Positions 1-10,417 are shown, numbered from the stretch's first letter. The stretch: 64,000 nt of DNA from an uncultured Bacteroides sp. (GCA_964583185.1 CAZOVL010000002.1:10504-74503); one strand, 5' to 3'. Translations and numbers: made by a program. Notes: generated from the sequence alone by a model not told the origin.

Positions 1-117
1 CCAAAACCAAAAGACTTATGGGTTGTTCCATTGGCTGAACACGCAGTATCTTACAAAAACAACAGGGAGATATATACTGAAAAAGTAGAGAGTTTTATTA
101 ACTTATATATGAATTGA
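1..117 (+). CDS. 3' end of a truncated upstream gene, product unknown
   Basis: Frame 1 is open from the window edge to TGA at 115-117 (..LWVVPLAEHAVSYKNNREIYTEKVESFINLYMN*). The tail resembles alpha/beta-hydrolase C-termini but is too short to assign. Confidence 0.3.
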   Translation, partial: PKPKDLWVVPLAEHAVSYKNNREIYTEKVESFINLYMN

Positions 118-125
118 TTTTTGTA

Positions 126-1019
126 ATGAAAACTAAACTATTAGCCATTTTTGCTTGTATTTTATGGGGGTCAGCTTTTGCCGGAGCAAAAATAGGTTTT
201 GAATATACTAGTCCCTTACACCTTTCAGGTATGCGTTTTATGCTAGCCGGAATTTTGCTTATTCCCCTTTTACTCTATCAGAAAATAGATTGGAAAGCAA
301 GCCTAAAAGAATGGAGGTATATGTTGCTTTTTGGTGTTCTCCAAACCTTTATGCAATATGGTTTATTTTTCTTAGGTCTTAATTTAGTACCTGGAGCCAT
401 TTCAGCCATCATTATTGGTGGTGGTCCTCTTTTTGTTGCTCTTATGGCTCACTTCACCATAAGTGACGAACCCTTAACCAAGCGTAAGAGTTTAGCAATA
501 GGACTAGGTATGACAGGTATAATATTTACCAGTCTATCTAAAGGAGGAGTGAGTAGTGTAGATGCCACTCTTTATTTAGGTATTGGGTTATTGATTTTGA
601 GCAACATTATAGGAGCCTCAACAAATATTATTGTTGCCAAAAACAGAAACAGGGTTTCACCTACTCTCCTAACTGCTTTTGCCAATTTCTCCGGAGGATT
701 AATACTCTATATTATCTCATTTTTCACTGAAGAATGGCAAATTAAAAGTTATACCACCGAGTTCTATGTAGCTCTTTTGTGGTTGGCTTTTATACCTGCT
801 GCCGGTTTCACCATTTGGTTTGGGTTACTCAAGAACCCCAAGATCAAGGTATCAGACTTAAATATATGGAAGTTTATCACTCCTGTAACAGGTGTTGTAC
901 TCAGTTGGCTATTGCTTCCCGATGAAGTTCCGGATGTTTATTCTGTCATCGGAGTGTTAATCATTGCTTTTTCTTTAATAACTTTACAATGGCAACCCGG
1001 CTCTGCAAAAAAGAGCTAA
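126..1019 (+). CDS. EamA/DMT-family permease
   Basis: About 10 hydrophobic helices in two similar halves, typical of EamA transporters. The track start at 114 is TTG; the ATG at 126 (MKTKLL..) is preferred. Confidence 0.75.
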   Translation: MKTKLLAIFACILWGSAFAGAKIGFEYTSPLHLSGMRFMLAGILLIPLLLYQKIDWKASLKEWRYMLLFGVLQTFMQYGLFFLGLNLVPGAISAIIIGGGPLFVALMAHFTISDEPLTKRKSLAIGLGMTGIIFTSLSKGGVSSVDATLYLGIGLLILSNIIGASTNIIVAKNRNRVSPTLLTAFANFSGGLILYIISFFTEEWQIKSYTTEFYVALLWLAFIPAAGFTIWFGLLKNPKIKVSDLNIWKFITPVTGVVLSWLLLPDEVPDVYSVIGVLIIAFSLITLQWQPGSAKKS

Positions 1020-1040
1020 CTAAAAGATACATCAGATATT

Positions 1041-1973
1041 ATGTATATGAAACAAACAACAAAAACGATTCTCATATTCTTGGTTTTAGCATTCAACTTG
1101 AATGGACTTAAGGCTCAGGAAAAAGCTTATACAATAAAAACATTACCAAATGTACACTTAGGCGATGAACGCCAATACACATCAGACCCCGGAAATATTC
1201 TGTCCTCTGAATCTAAAGAACAAATTAACAATTGGCTTTACACATTAGAACAAGAAACAGGTATAGAAGTGGCGGTTGCAGTAGTACCTTCCATTGGCTC
1301 TGAAGATTGCTTTGAGTTTGCACACCAACTACTCAATGGTTGGGGCGTTGGAAAAAAAGAAAAAAACAACGGATTGGTCATATTATTGGTTATTGATCAA
1401 CGCTGCATCCAATTCAACACAGGTTATGGACTAGAAGGGATATTACCCGATGCAATAAACAAACGCATACAAATGGAATATATGTATGATGCGTTAAAAA
1501 GTGGAGATTGGGACAAAGGAATGGTACAAGGCGTACAAGCGGTTTATAACCGACTACAAGGTAGTATGGAAAATGATACGGGAGAAGAAGCCACAGATCC
1601 TTTCATCATCTACTTTTTAATATTCCTCGGGGTATTTTTCTTAATTATAGCTTTTAGTATTTATAGCCTATGGAAAAGCACGAAATGTCCTAATTGTGGA
1701 AAGCATAAGCTACAGCGAACAAATCATCAAATTGTAAGCCGGAAAAATGGCATAAAAATAGAAGATATTACGTATGTTTGCAGAAATTGTGGACACACCT
1801 TGACACGCAGACAAAAATCGCAAGATGAAAATCACTTTGGTGGTCGTGGTGGAGGTTTTGGAGGCCCTATCATTGGAGGAGGGAGTTTTGGTGGAGGTCG
1901 CGGAGGAGGCTTCTCAGGAGGAAGTTTTGGTGGAGGCCGTGGAGGTGGCGGTGGAGCCGGCACTCGGTTTTAA
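1041..1973 (+). CDS. TPM-domain (YgcG-like) membrane protein with a C-terminal zinc ribbon and Gly/Arg-rich tail
   Basis: Signal peptide and TPM core (VAVAVVPSIG..NNGLVILLVIDQRCIQFNTGYGLEGILPD), then one TM helix, CPNC-x27-CRNC, and GGRGGGFGG repeats. Confidence 0.8.
   Translation: MYMKQTTKTILIFLVLAFNLNGLKAQEKAYTIKTLPNVHLGDERQYTSDPGNILSSESKEQINNWLYTLEQETGIEVAVAVVPSIGSEDCFEFAHQLLNGWGVGKKEKNNGLVILLVIDQRCIQFNTGYGLEGILPDAINKRIQMEYMYDALKSGDWDKGMVQGVQAVYNRLQGSMENDTGEEATDPFIIYFLIFLGVFFLIIAFSIYSLWKSTKCPNCGKHKLQRTNHQIVSRKNGIKIEDITYVCRNCGHTLTRRQKSQDENHFGGRGGGFGGPIIGGGSFGGGRGGGFSGGSFGGGRGGGGGAGTRF
1884..1949 (+). repeat. Two 27-bp near-identical segments, 39-bp period, encoding GSFGGGRGGG
   Basis: agttttggtggaggtcgcggaggaggc at 1884-1910 and agttttggtggaggccgtggaggtggc at 1923-1949, inside the TPM gene tail. 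Confidence 0.8.
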
Positions 1974-2011
1974 CCCTTTATTTAGTCAAATAATTTAATC
2001 AATTTATAGAT

Positions 2012-2593
2012 ATGAAAAAATCAGTTATTATAATTTTAGTTATCGTAGGTCTCCTTGTATTATGGGGTATTAGCGGATATAATGGATTAGTTACATCGGA
2101 AGAACAAGTTCAAACACAATGGGCCAATGTGGAAACACAATATCAAAGACGTGGCGACTTAATTCCAAACTTGGTAAACACTGTAAAAGGATATGCTTCT
2201 CACGAAAAAGAAACCTTAAATGAAGTGGTTAATGCCAGAAGCAAGGCCACACAAATCACAGTAAGCCCGGATGATTTAACCCCTGAAAATATAGCTGAAT
2301 ACCAAAAAGCGCAAGGAGAAGTAAGTGCTGCTTTAGGTAAATTATTAGCTATTTCAGAAAGCTATCCTGATTTAAAAGCAAATCAAAACTTCTTAGAACT
2401 ACAAGCACAATTAGAAGGGACAGAAAACAGAATCAGTGTAGCTCGTAGAGATTTTAATGAAACAGCAAAAAAATACAACACGCTAATTAGAAGGTTTCCT
2501 AAGAACATATTAGCAGGAATGTTTGGGTTCTCTAAAATAAGCTACTTTGAAGCTGAAGCTGGTTCTGAGAAAGCACCAACTGTTGAATTCTAA
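2012..2593 (+). CDS. lemA: LemA family protein
   Basis: N-terminal TM helix plus the LemA block YNGLV..W..VE..YQRRGDLIPNLVNTVKGYASHE. Adjacent to the TPM gene, as in known LemA-TPM pairs. Confidence 0.9.
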   Translation: MKKSVIIILVIVGLLVLWGISGYNGLVTSEEQVQTQWANVETQYQRRGDLIPNLVNTVKGYASHEKETLNEVVNARSKATQITVSPDDLTPENIAEYQKAQGEVSAALGKLLAISESYPDLKANQNFLELQAQLEGTENRISVARRDFNETAKKYNTLIRRFPKNILAGMFGFSKISYFEAEAGSEKAPTVEF

Positions 2594-2613
2594 ATAATAC
2601 ATTCTTTATTAAT

Positions 2614-2645
2614 CCTCTAAAGATGATACTTTTAGAGGATTTTTA
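2614..2645 (+). terminator. Rho-independent terminator after lemA
   Basis: 8-bp stem cctctaaa (2614-2621) / tttagagg (2631-2638), followed by atttttac. Confidence 0.6.
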
Positions 2646-2678
2646 CTTTATATCTATTGAAAGGCAAAGAAAAAGAGG

Positions 2679-2686
2679 TATTTTTG
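2679..2686 (+). promoter_or_regulatory. Bacteroides-type -7 box TATTTTTG
   Basis: Matches TAnnTTTG, 26 bp upstream of the ATG at 2712. Confidence 0.4.
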
Positions 2687-2711
2687 TTATCTATCAAATA
2701 CAAACAATAAA

Positions 2712-3881
2712 ATGAACAAACAACGCTATATGATGCGTGGGGTAAGTGCATCAAAAGAAGACGTCCATAATGCAATAAAAAACATAGATAAAGGACTATT
2801 TCCACAAGCTTTTTGTAAAATCATACCGGATATTTTAGGTGGAGACTCCGATTATTGTAACATTATGCACGCAGATGGTGCAGGTACTAAGTCGTCTTTG
2901 GCTTATCTGTATTGGAAAGAAACAGGAGATTTATCGGTGTGGAAAGGAATAGCTCAAGATGCATTAATAATGAACATAGACGACCTTCTATGTGTGGGAG
3001 CCATTGATAACATATTAGTATCATCTACTATCGGAAGAAATAAACATCTTATCCCAGGAGAGGTAATACAAGCCATTATCCAAGGAACTGATGAACTGTT
3101 AGAAGAATTGCGTTCTATGGGAATTGGTGTATATCCCACAGGAGGAGAAACAGCAGATGTTGGCGATTTAGTTCGGACCATTATTGTTGATAGCACTGTA
3201 ACCTGTAGAATGAAACGATCGCAAGTTATTGACAACAAAAACATTAAAGCAGGTGATGTCATTGTGGGGCTAGCCTCTTATGGGCAAGCTACATATGAAA
3301 AAGAATACAACGGAGGCATGGGAAGCAACGGACTTACCTCTGCCCGACACGACATGTTTGCTCATTACTTAGCAGAGAAATACCCTGAGAGCTATGATAA
3401 AGCAGTACCTAGCGAATTGATTTATTCCGGACAGTTTAAGCTAGAAGATGGTGTGGAAGGTGCTCCTATTAACGCAGGAAAACTAGTTCTCTCTCCTACT
3501 CGTACTTATGCTCCCATCGTAAAGAAAATAATAGATGCATTACCTCAAGACATTCACGGAATGATTCATTGCACAGGAGGTGCACAAACTAAGATTCTAC
3601 ACTTCATCAGTGAAAACTTGCGTGTAGTAAAAAACAACTTCCTACCTATTCCTCCTCTATTTAGAGAAATACAAAAACAAAGTCAAACTTCTTGGGAAGA
3701 GATGTACAAGGTGTTCAATATGGGACATCGGATGGAAATTTATCTTCCAAAAGAAAAAGCACAGGAGGTTATTGATATCTCTAATTCCTTTAATGTAGAA
3801 GCACAAATTATTGGACACATTGAAGAAAGTGATAAAAAAGAGCTTCTAATTCAAAGTGAATTTGGAGAGTTTAGTTATTAA
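2712..3881 (+). CDS. purM: AIR synthase (PurM)-family protein, long Bacteroidota type
   Basis: PurM-like blocks HADGAGTKSSLA and GIAQDALIMNIDDLLCVGA. 389 aa. Confidence 0.6.
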   Translation: MNKQRYMMRGVSASKEDVHNAIKNIDKGLFPQAFCKIIPDILGGDSDYCNIMHADGAGTKSSLAYLYWKETGDLSVWKGIAQDALIMNIDDLLCVGAIDNILVSSTIGRNKHLIPGEVIQAIIQGTDELLEELRSMGIGVYPTGGETADVGDLVRTIIVDSTVTCRMKRSQVIDNKNIKAGDVIVGLASYGQATYEKEYNGGMGSNGLTSARHDMFAHYLAEKYPESYDKAVPSELIYSGQFKLEDGVEGAPINAGKLVLSPTRTYAPIVKKIIDALPQDIHGMIHCTGGAQTKILHFISENLRVVKNNFLPIPPLFREIQKQSQTSWEEMYKVFNMGHRMEIYLPKEKAQEVIDISNSFNVEAQIIGHIEESDKKELLIQSEFGEFSY

Positions 3882-3890
3882 TTTGAGTAT

Positions 3891-4976
3891 ATGAAGGATA
3901 ACAAATTATTAAATAGATTAAATGATTTAGCCATTCGCTTTGAAGAGATAGCTACGCTCATCACTGATCCGAATGTTATTTCCGACCAAAAAAGATTTGT
4001 TCGCTTAACCAAAGAGTACAAAGAGTTGGAGGATATCATGAAGATTCGTACGGAGTATATGCAACATCTCAGTAACATTGAAGAAGGTAAGACTATTCTA
4101 GAGAATGAAAAAGATCACGACCTCAGAGAAATGGCTAAAGAAGAGATGGATAGTAGCCAGACTATACTTCCGGAATTAGAGGAGAAAATAAAACTACTAT
4201 TGATTCCCGAAGACCCTGAAGATGAAAAAAATGCCATTGTTGAAATTCGAGGGGGTACCGGAGGAGATGAAGCAGCTATATTTGCAGGAGATTTATTCAG
4301 AATGTATTCCAGGTATTGTGAGAACAAACGATGGGAGGTAGAGATAAACACACTTAACGAAGGTACTGCCGGAGGATTTAAAGAAATTATCTTTTCGGTT
4401 TCCGGAGACAATGTTTATGGTATTCTTAAATATGAGTCGGGAGTACATCGTGTTCAACGTGTTCCTGAAACAGAATCACAAGGCAGAGTTCATACTTCTG
4501 CAGTGACTGTGGCCGTTTTACCCGAAGCAGATGAAGTAGATGTGGAAATCAATCCTGCTGATTTGGAATATCAAACTGCCCGATCGGGTGGAGCAGGTGG
4601 TCAGCACGTAAATAAAGTTGAAACCAAAGTACAATTAACACATAAGCCAACAGGGGTAGTAGTTGTTTGTGAAGAAGGAAGATCACAACACTCCAACCGG
4701 GAAAGAGCACTTCAAATATTACGTTCCAGATTATACGAAATGGAATACGAGAAAAGACACAAAGAACGCTCAGAACAAAGACGTTCTTTAGTATCTACCG
4801 GAGACCGATCGGCTAAAATCAGAACTTATAACTATCCACAGGGAAGAATCACCGATCATCGGATTAACTATACCACGCATAACTTACCCGATTTTATGGA
4901 TGGTAACATACAAGACTTAATCGATCACTTAATTATTGCAGAAAACACAGAACGCTTAAAAGAAAGCGAATTATAA
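3891..4976 (+). CDS. prfA: Peptide chain release factor 1
   Basis: GGQ motif ([11 protein letters not shown]), RF1-type PxT tripeptide region [17 protein letters not shown], 361 aa. Confidence 0.95.
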   Translation: MKDNKLLNRLNDLAIRFEEIATLITDPNVISDQKRFVRLTKEYKELEDIMKIRTEYMQHLSNIEEGKTILENEKDHDLREMAKEEMDSSQTILPELEEKIKLLLIPEDPEDEKNAIVEIRGGTGGDEAAIFAGDLFRMYSRYCENKRWEVEINTLNEGTAGGFKEIIFSVSGDNVYGILKYESGVHRVQRVPETESQGRVHTSAVTVAVLPEADEVDVEINPADLEYQTARSGGAGGQHVNKVETKVQLTHKPTGVVVVCEEGRSQHSNRERALQILRSRLYEMEYEKRHKERSEQRRSLVSTGDRSAKIRTYNYPQGRITDHRINYTTHNLPDFMDGNIQDLIDHLIIAENTERLKESEL

Positions 4977-4991
4977 TACGATTAACAAAAG

Positions 4992-5819
4992 ATGACAAGA
5001 GAAGAGTTATTTCAAAATATACAAAAAAAATCATCCTTCTTATGTGTAGGGTTAGATACCGATTTGAATAAAATCCCTAAACATCTACTCACTGAAGAAG
5101 ACCCTGTTTTTGAATTCAACAAAGCCATTATTGATGCAACCGCAGATTATTGCATAGCCTATAAACCCAATTTGGCTTTTTACGAATGCTTAGGAGTTAA
5201 AGGATGGATTTCTTTGGAAAAGACAGTAAATTACATCCGAACAAACTATCCCGATCAATTCATCATAGCAGATGCTAAAAGAGGTGATATAGGTAATACT
5301 TCAACAATGTATGCCGCTGCTTTTTTCGAAAAAATGAAGTTTGACGCTATAACTGTTGCTCCATATATGGGAGTAGATAGTGTAAAACCTTTCCTCAGCT
5401 ACGAAGAAAAATGGGTTATCTTATTGGCTTTAACAAGCAATAAAGGTTCTAGTGATTTTCAGTTAATTGAGGATCAACAAGGCAATAGACTTTTTGAATC
5501 GGTATTAAGTAAATCTCAAGAGTGGGGTTCAGAAGAACAACTGATGTATGTGGTTGGTGCAACACAAGGAAAAATGTTTGAGGACATCCGCAAAAAAGCA
5601 CCGAATCATTTTCTTTTGGTGCCCGGCGTAGGAGCTCAGGGAGGATCACTCGAGGAGGTATGTAAATATGGTATGAACTCACAATGTGGATTAATAGTAA
5701 ACTCTTCACGAGGCATTATTTATGCCGATAGTTCAGAAAACTTTGCACAAGGTGTTCAAAAAGCAGCTCAATCGCTACAACAAGAAATGAAAGTATTGTT
5801 GGAACAATACTTAAGTTAA
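4992..5819 (+). CDS. pyrF: Orotidine 5'-phosphate decarboxylase (type 2)
   Basis: [10 protein letters not shown] motif, [10 protein letters not shown] phosphate-binding loop, 275 aa. Confidence 0.9.
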   Translation: MTREELFQNIQKKSSFLCVGLDTDLNKIPKHLLTEEDPVFEFNKAIIDATADYCIAYKPNLAFYECLGVKGWISLEKTVNYIRTNYPDQFIIADAKRGDIGNTSTMYAAAFFEKMKFDAITVAPYMGVDSVKPFLSYEEKWVILLALTSNKGSSDFQLIEDQQGNRLFESVLSKSQEWGSEEQLMYVVGATQGKMFEDIRKKAPNHFLLVPGVGAQGGSLEEVCKYGMNSQCGLIVNSSRGIIYADSSENFAQGVQKAAQSLQQEMKVLLEQYLS

Positions 5820-5824
5820 AACCA

Positions 5825-7060
5825 ATGATGTATAAGCGTAGAGTAATTATAGACCCTGTATTTGGGTTCATTACCATTCCCGAGGGACTTCTCTCAAGAA
5901 TAGTACAACATCCTTTATTACAACGCTTAACCCGGATTAAACAACTCGGATTATCTTCTGTGGCCTACCCTAGTGCACAGCACACTCGTTTTCAGCACTC
6001 GTTAGGTGCTTTTCACTTAATGAGTGAAGCCATAGCCCAATTAAGAGCAAAAGGGGTATACATTTTTGATAGTGAGGCAGAAGCCGTTCAAGCAGCAATT
6101 CTATTGCACGATATAGGACATGGTCCATTTTCTCACGCACTGGAGCACACATTAGCTACAGGCATTACCCACGAAGACATCTCTTTAGCATTAATGGATA
6201 AAATGAATACAGACTTTAATGGCCAGTTATCACTGGCTATTAAAGTATTTAAAAATGAATATCCCAAACTATTCCTTCATCAATTAGTGAATGGACAGCT
6301 AGATATGGACCGGTTGGATTATTTAAGAAGAGATAGTTTCTATACGGGAGTGACTGAAGGTAATATTGGATCGGCTCGCATCATCAAGATGCTAAACATA
6401 AAAGAAGATCAGTTGGTAGTAGACTCTAAAGGAATCTATTCCATTGAAAACTTCTTAATGGCCAGACGATTGATGTATTGGCAAGTATATTTCCATAAAT
6501 CTTCCGTCGCCTACGAGAGAATGCTTATTAATACACTTCTAAGAGCTAAAAAACTAGCCAGTCAGGGAGTTGAACTATTCGCTTCTCCTGCTTTACATTA
6601 TTTTCTATACACTGATGTACAGAAAGAGACGTTTTTTGAAACACCGGATGCACTCAACTATTTTACCCAACTAGACGATAATGATATTTGGACTTCACTC
6701 AAAGTGTGGTGTAGCCATTCGGATAAAATACTATCTCTTTTAAGTCAGGGTATGGTTCATCGTAAACTCTTCAAAGTAAAGGTACAATCGGAACCAATAA
6801 CCTTAAATCAAAAAGAAGAGTTAATAGAACAAATAATAAACAATTTAAATATAACACCGGAACAAGCCCAATACCTGATTGCGTGTGATGGAATAGAAAA
6901 GAATATGTATGATCCGCTAGACGACAGTATAAACATTCTATACGATGATGGGGAGATCAAAAACATAGCCGAAGCATCTGATATGCTCAATGTATCTCTA
7001 CTCTCTAAAAGAGCTAAGAAATACTACCTTTGCCACTATAGAATCAACTCGCAAATATAA
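5825..7060 (+). CDS. HD-domain phosphohydrolase (dNTPase/SAMHD1-like)
   Basis: RFQHSLGAFHL .. LLHDIGHGPFSH .. DMDRLDYLRRDS metal-binding blocks. Confidence 0.8.
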   Translation: MMYKRRVIIDPVFGFITIPEGLLSRIVQHPLLQRLTRIKQLGLSSVAYPSAQHTRFQHSLGAFHLMSEAIAQLRAKGVYIFDSEAEAVQAAILLHDIGHGPFSHALEHTLATGITHEDISLALMDKMNTDFNGQLSLAIKVFKNEYPKLFLHQLVNGQLDMDRLDYLRRDSFYTGVTEGNIGSARIIKMLNIKEDQLVVDSKGIYSIENFLMARRLMYWQVYFHKSSVAYERMLINTLLRAKKLASQGVELFASPALHYFLYTDVQKETFFETPDALNYFTQLDDNDIWTSLKVWCSHSDKILSLLSQGMVHRKLFKVKVQSEPITLNQKEELIEQIINNLNITPEQAQYLIACDGIEKNMYDPLDDSINILYDDGEIKNIAEASDMLNVSLLSKRAKKYYLCHYRINSQI

Positions 7061-7162
7061 ATTCTTACTGAACAATAAGGATATATTAAAAAAAAGTACG
7101 TTATTTGTACATTAATCCCTAAATCTCACAAGGGTTTTTTAACTGAGAGACAAATACATATT

Positions 7163-8200
7163 ATGGAATTTTCAGCAAAGCAAATTGCTTCTTTTATTGA
7201 AGGAGAAGTATATGGAGATAGGAACGCAACTGTAAATACTTTCGCAAAAATTGAAGAAGCCACACCTGGCTCAATTACCTTCCTTGCTAATCCTAAATAC
7301 ACTCACTATATATATAATACAAAGGCAACTATTGTACTCGTAAGTAAAGAGTTTGAACCGGAAGATGAAATTCAAAGTACTTTAATTAGAGTTGACGACG
7401 TTTACGATAGCTTAGCCAAACTTTTAGCTCTGTACGAGCAACAAAAACCAAAACTAAAAGGGATTGATCCTTTAGCATCTGTAGCACAAAGTGCACAGAT
7501 TGGTAAAGATGTTTATATTGCTCCTTTTGTTTGTATAGCAGAGGACGCAGTAATTGGTGATAATACACAAATCTACCCCCATTGTTACATTGGCAGAGGA
7601 TCTGTAATTGGAAAAGATTCCATTGTTTATGCTAATGTATCCATCTATCACGACTGTAAAATTGGAGACAACTGCATAATCCACTCCGGAGCAGTTATTG
7701 GATCAGATGGCTTTGGTTTTGCTCCAACAGCAACAGGATATGACAAGATACCTCAAATAGGAATTGTTGTTATTGAAGATCAGGTAGAAATAGGTGCCAA
7801 TACTTGTATTGACCGTGCTACTATGGGCGAAACTAGAATTCATTCGGGTGTTAAATTGGATAATTTAATCCAGATTGCACACAATGGCGTTGTTGGATCG
7901 CACACCGTAATGGCGGCTCAAGTGGGAGTTGCCGGTTCCACTAAAATAGGTGAATGGTGTATGCTTGGAGGACAAGCAGGTTTAGCCGGACATATAAAAA
8001 TAGGAGATCGTGTAGGGATTGGTGCACAAGCAGGTGTTCCCGGAAACGTAAAATCAGGAGAACAAATATTAGGTACTCCTGCATTCGATGGGAAAGGATT
8101 CTTTAAATCGTCGGCCGTTTTTAAACAGCTACCCGATATGTTTAGAGAAATCAATCAGCTACGGAGAGAATTAAATGAATTAAAAAATAAAACTAAATAA
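7163..8200 (+). CDS. lpxD: UDP-3-O-acylglucosamine N-acyltransferase
   Basis: LpxD N-domain followed by long hexapeptide (left-handed beta-helix) repeats. Sits in the lpxD-lpxC/fabZ-lpxA cluster. Confidence 0.9.
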   Translation: MEFSAKQIASFIEGEVYGDRNATVNTFAKIEEATPGSITFLANPKYTHYIYNTKATIVLVSKEFEPEDEIQSTLIRVDDVYDSLAKLLALYEQQKPKLKGIDPLASVAQSAQIGKDVYIAPFVCIAEDAVIGDNTQIYPHCYIGRGSVIGKDSIVYANVSIYHDCKIGDNCIIHSGAVIGSDGFGFAPTATGYDKIPQIGIVVIEDQVEIGANTCIDRATMGETRIHSGVKLDNLIQIAHNGVVGSHTVMAAQVGVAGSTKIGEWCMLGGQAGLAGHIKIGDRVGIGAQAGVPGNVKSGEQILGTPAFDGKGFFKSSAVFKQLPDMFREINQLRRELNELKNKTK

Positions 8201-8203
8201 GCC

Positions 8204-9589
8204 ATGTTGAAACAAAAAACATTGAAGGATAGCTTTTCTTTAAGTGGAAAAGGCCTTCATACTGGTTTAAACTTGACTGTAACTTTTAATCCTGCACCCG
8301 AGAATCACGGATACAAGATTCAACGGACAGATTTAGAAGGACAACCCATTATAGATGCTATAGCCGACAATGTTATAGAAACCACAAGAGGCACCGTCAT
8401 TGCAAAAAAGGAAGCCAAAGTAAGTACCATTGAACACGGTATGGCTGCTTTATATGCATTAGGTGTTGACAACTGTTTAATTCAAGTAGATGGACCTGAA
8501 TTTCCCATATTAGATGGAAGTGCCAAATACTTTGTAGAAGGAATTCAAAAAGTTGGCATGCAAGATCAGGCAGCCATTAAGGATTTCTATATCATTAAAT
8601 CAAAAATAGAATTTAAAGATGAAGAAACAGGTTCTTCAATCATTGTTCTTCCCGATGAGCAATTTAGCTTAAACGTATTGATTTCCTATGACTCTACAAT
8701 TATTCCTAACCAATATGCAACATTAGAAAGCATGGGTGATTTCCCTACGGAGATAGCCGGTAGCCGTACATTTGTCTTTGTACGAGAAATTGAGCCACTA
8801 TTAAATGTAGGATTAATTAAAGGGGGAGATTTAGAAAATGCCATAGTTATCTACGAGCGTGAAATGTCTCAAGAGAACTTCAATAAACTAGCTGACGTAA
8901 TGAACGTTCCTTATATGGATGCTAAAGAGTTGGGCTACATCAACACAAAACCTTTGGTATGGCCAAATGAATGTGCTCGCCACAAACTGCTTGACGTTAT
9001 TGGAGATTTAGCTTTAATAGGAAAACCTATCAAAGGAAGAATTATAGCTACTCGTCCCGGACATACTGTAAACAACAAGCTTGCACGTCAAATGAGAAAA
9101 GCCATTCGCTTAAACGAAATACAAGCCCCTATATATAACTGTAACGAAGAACCGGTAATGGATATTAATCGTATCCGTGAACTTCTTCCTCATCGTTATC
9201 CTTTTCAAATGGTTGACAAAGTGATTGAAATAGGAGCAAACTATATTGTAGGAGTAAAAAATATAGCCTCAAACGAGACTCACTTTCTTGGGCACTTCCC
9301 TGAAGAACCGGTAATGCCTGGTGTATTACAGGTAGAAGCAATGGCTCAAGTGGGCGGTTTGTTAGTACTAAATCAATTGGATGAACCCGAGAGATACTCC
9401 ACCTACTTTATGAAGTTGGACAATGTAAAATTCAGACAAAAAGTTGTTCCCGGGGATACATTAGTATTTAAGGTGGAGCTGTTGGCGCCTATCCGCCGAG
9501 GAATTTCAACAATGAAAGGATATGCATTTGTTGGAGAAAAATTAGTGTGTGAAGCCGAGTTTATGGCACAAATTATAAAAAACAAATAA
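8204..9589 (+). CDS. lpxC/fabZ: Bifunctional UDP-3-O-acyl-GlcNAc deacetylase / 3-hydroxyacyl-ACP dehydratase
   Basis: N-terminal LpxC (TIEHGMAALY.., GHTVNNKL) fused to a FabZ hot-dog domain (LPHRYPFQMVDKV, GHFPEEPVMPGVL). This fusion is typical of Bacteroidota. Confidence 0.95.
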   Translation: MLKQKTLKDSFSLSGKGLHTGLNLTVTFNPAPENHGYKIQRTDLEGQPIIDAIADNVIETTRGTVIAKKEAKVSTIEHGMAALYALGVDNCLIQVDGPEFPILDGSAKYFVEGIQKVGMQDQAAIKDFYIIKSKIEFKDEETGSSIIVLPDEQFSLNVLISYDSTIIPNQYATLESMGDFPTEIAGSRTFVFVREIEPLLNVGLIKGGDLENAIVIYEREMSQENFNKLADVMNVPYMDAKELGYINTKPLVWPNECARHKLLDVIGDLALIGKPIKGRIIATRPGHTVNNKLARQMRKAIRLNEIQAPIYNCNEEPVMDINRIRELLPHRYPFQMVDKVIEIGANYIVGVKNIASNETHFLGHFPEEPVMPGVLQVEAMAQVGGLLVLNQLDEPERYSTYFMKLDNVKFRQKVVPGDTLVFKVELLAPIRRGISTMKGYAFVGEKLVCEAEFMAQIIKNK

Positions 9590-9599
9590 GTAATAAAAT

Positions 9600-10367
9600 A
9601 TGATAAGTTCTCTGGCTTTTGTACATCCTGAAGCAATACTGGGAAAAAATGTTGAAGTAAATGCTTTTGCATACATCGACAAGAATGTAGTTATAGGCGA
9701 TAATACTAAAATAATGCCCAATGCCGTAATTCTTGATGGAGCAAGAATAGGAAATGGAAATACCATATTTCCAGGAGCAGTTATTAGTGCCATCCCCCAA
9801 GATTTGAAGTTTGCAGGAGAAGAAACAACAGTTGAGATTGGAGAAAATAATATAATCAGGGAAAATGTAACCATAAACAGAGGCACTGTAGCCAAAGGTA
9901 AAACCTGCGTAGGTAGCAACAACCTTTTAATGGAAACGGTTCATATTGCACACGATGCCATTGTTGGCAATGAATGTATCATTGGAAATGGAACAAAAAT
10001 AGCCGGAGAGGTTATTATTGATGATTTTTCCATTGTAAGTGCCAGTGTGTTGATGCATCAATTCTGTCACATTGGAGGTTATGGAATGATTCAAGGTGGA
10101 GCTAGATTTAGCAAGGACATTCCTCCATACATCATTGCAGGTAGAGACCCCATTAGATATAGTGGTATAAACATCATTGGATTACGAAGAAAAGGGTTCT
10201 CCAATGAAGTCATAGACGCTATTCACGATTCTTATCGTATCATCTATCAACAAGGATTAAATCGTGAAGAGGCATTAGAAAAGATAGAACAAGAAATTCC
10301 TATGAGTGATGAAATACGCTATATAATTAATTTTATCCGTAACTCTAAACGAGGAATTATCGCATAA
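9600..10367 (+). CDS. lpxA: Acyl-ACP--UDP-GlcNAc O-acyltransferase
   Basis: Hexapeptide repeats plus an LpxA C-terminal helical domain. 255 aa, in cluster context. Confidence 0.9.
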   Translation: MISSLAFVHPEAILGKNVEVNAFAYIDKNVVIGDNTKIMPNAVILDGARIGNGNTIFPGAVISAIPQDLKFAGEETTVEIGENNIIRENVTINRGTVAKGKTCVGSNNLLMETVHIAHDAIVGNECIIGNGTKIAGEVIIDDFSIVSASVLMHQFCHIGGYGMIQGGARFSKDIPPYIIAGRDPIRYSGINIIGLRRKGFSNEVIDAIHDSYRIIYQQGLNREEALEKIEQEIPMSDEIRYIINFIRNSKRGIIA

Positions 10368-10388
10368 CATTTTCTCGAAAAATTATAT

Positions 10389-10417
10389 AAAGGGACTTCT
10401 AAGAGGTCCCTTTTTTT
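10389..10417 (+). terminator. Rho-independent terminator after lpxA
   Basis: Stem agggac (10391-10396) / gtccct (10406-10411), followed by a T7 run. Confidence 0.65.

Noticed and set aside
114-125. Track start codons at 114 (TTG), 36801 (TTG), 37676 (TTG) and 48158 (GTG)
   Set aside because: Each gives an N-terminal extension that overlaps the upstream gene or precedes an obvious signal peptide or conserved N-terminus. Downstream ATGs at 126, 36744, 37628 and 48137 fit better.
1834-1970. Locally GC-rich patch, considered as foreign DNA or a structured RNA
   Set aside because: It is fully explained by Gly (GGN) and Arg (CGN) codons of the in-frame Gly/Arg-rich tail of the TPM protein.
3891-4976. 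RF2-style programmed +1 frameshift in the release-factor gene
   Set aside because: The gene is RF1 (PxT type, one uninterrupted 361-aa frame), which does not use autoregulatory frameshifting.
2954-9922. Short ORFs from the track lying antisense inside the purM-like gene, prfA, pyrF, the HD gene, lpxD, lpxC/fabZ and lpxA (2954..3262, 3878..4078, 4115..4411, 5449..5709, 5970..6152, 6808..6990, 7386..7568, 7472..7684, 7918..8154, 9403..9672, 9542..9922, 9573..9800)
   Set aside because: Each lies wholly or almost wholly within a longer gene that has clear family motifs on the opposite strand. Their translations are low-complexity (S/P/I-rich) with no recognisable motifs. These are typical shadow ORFs.
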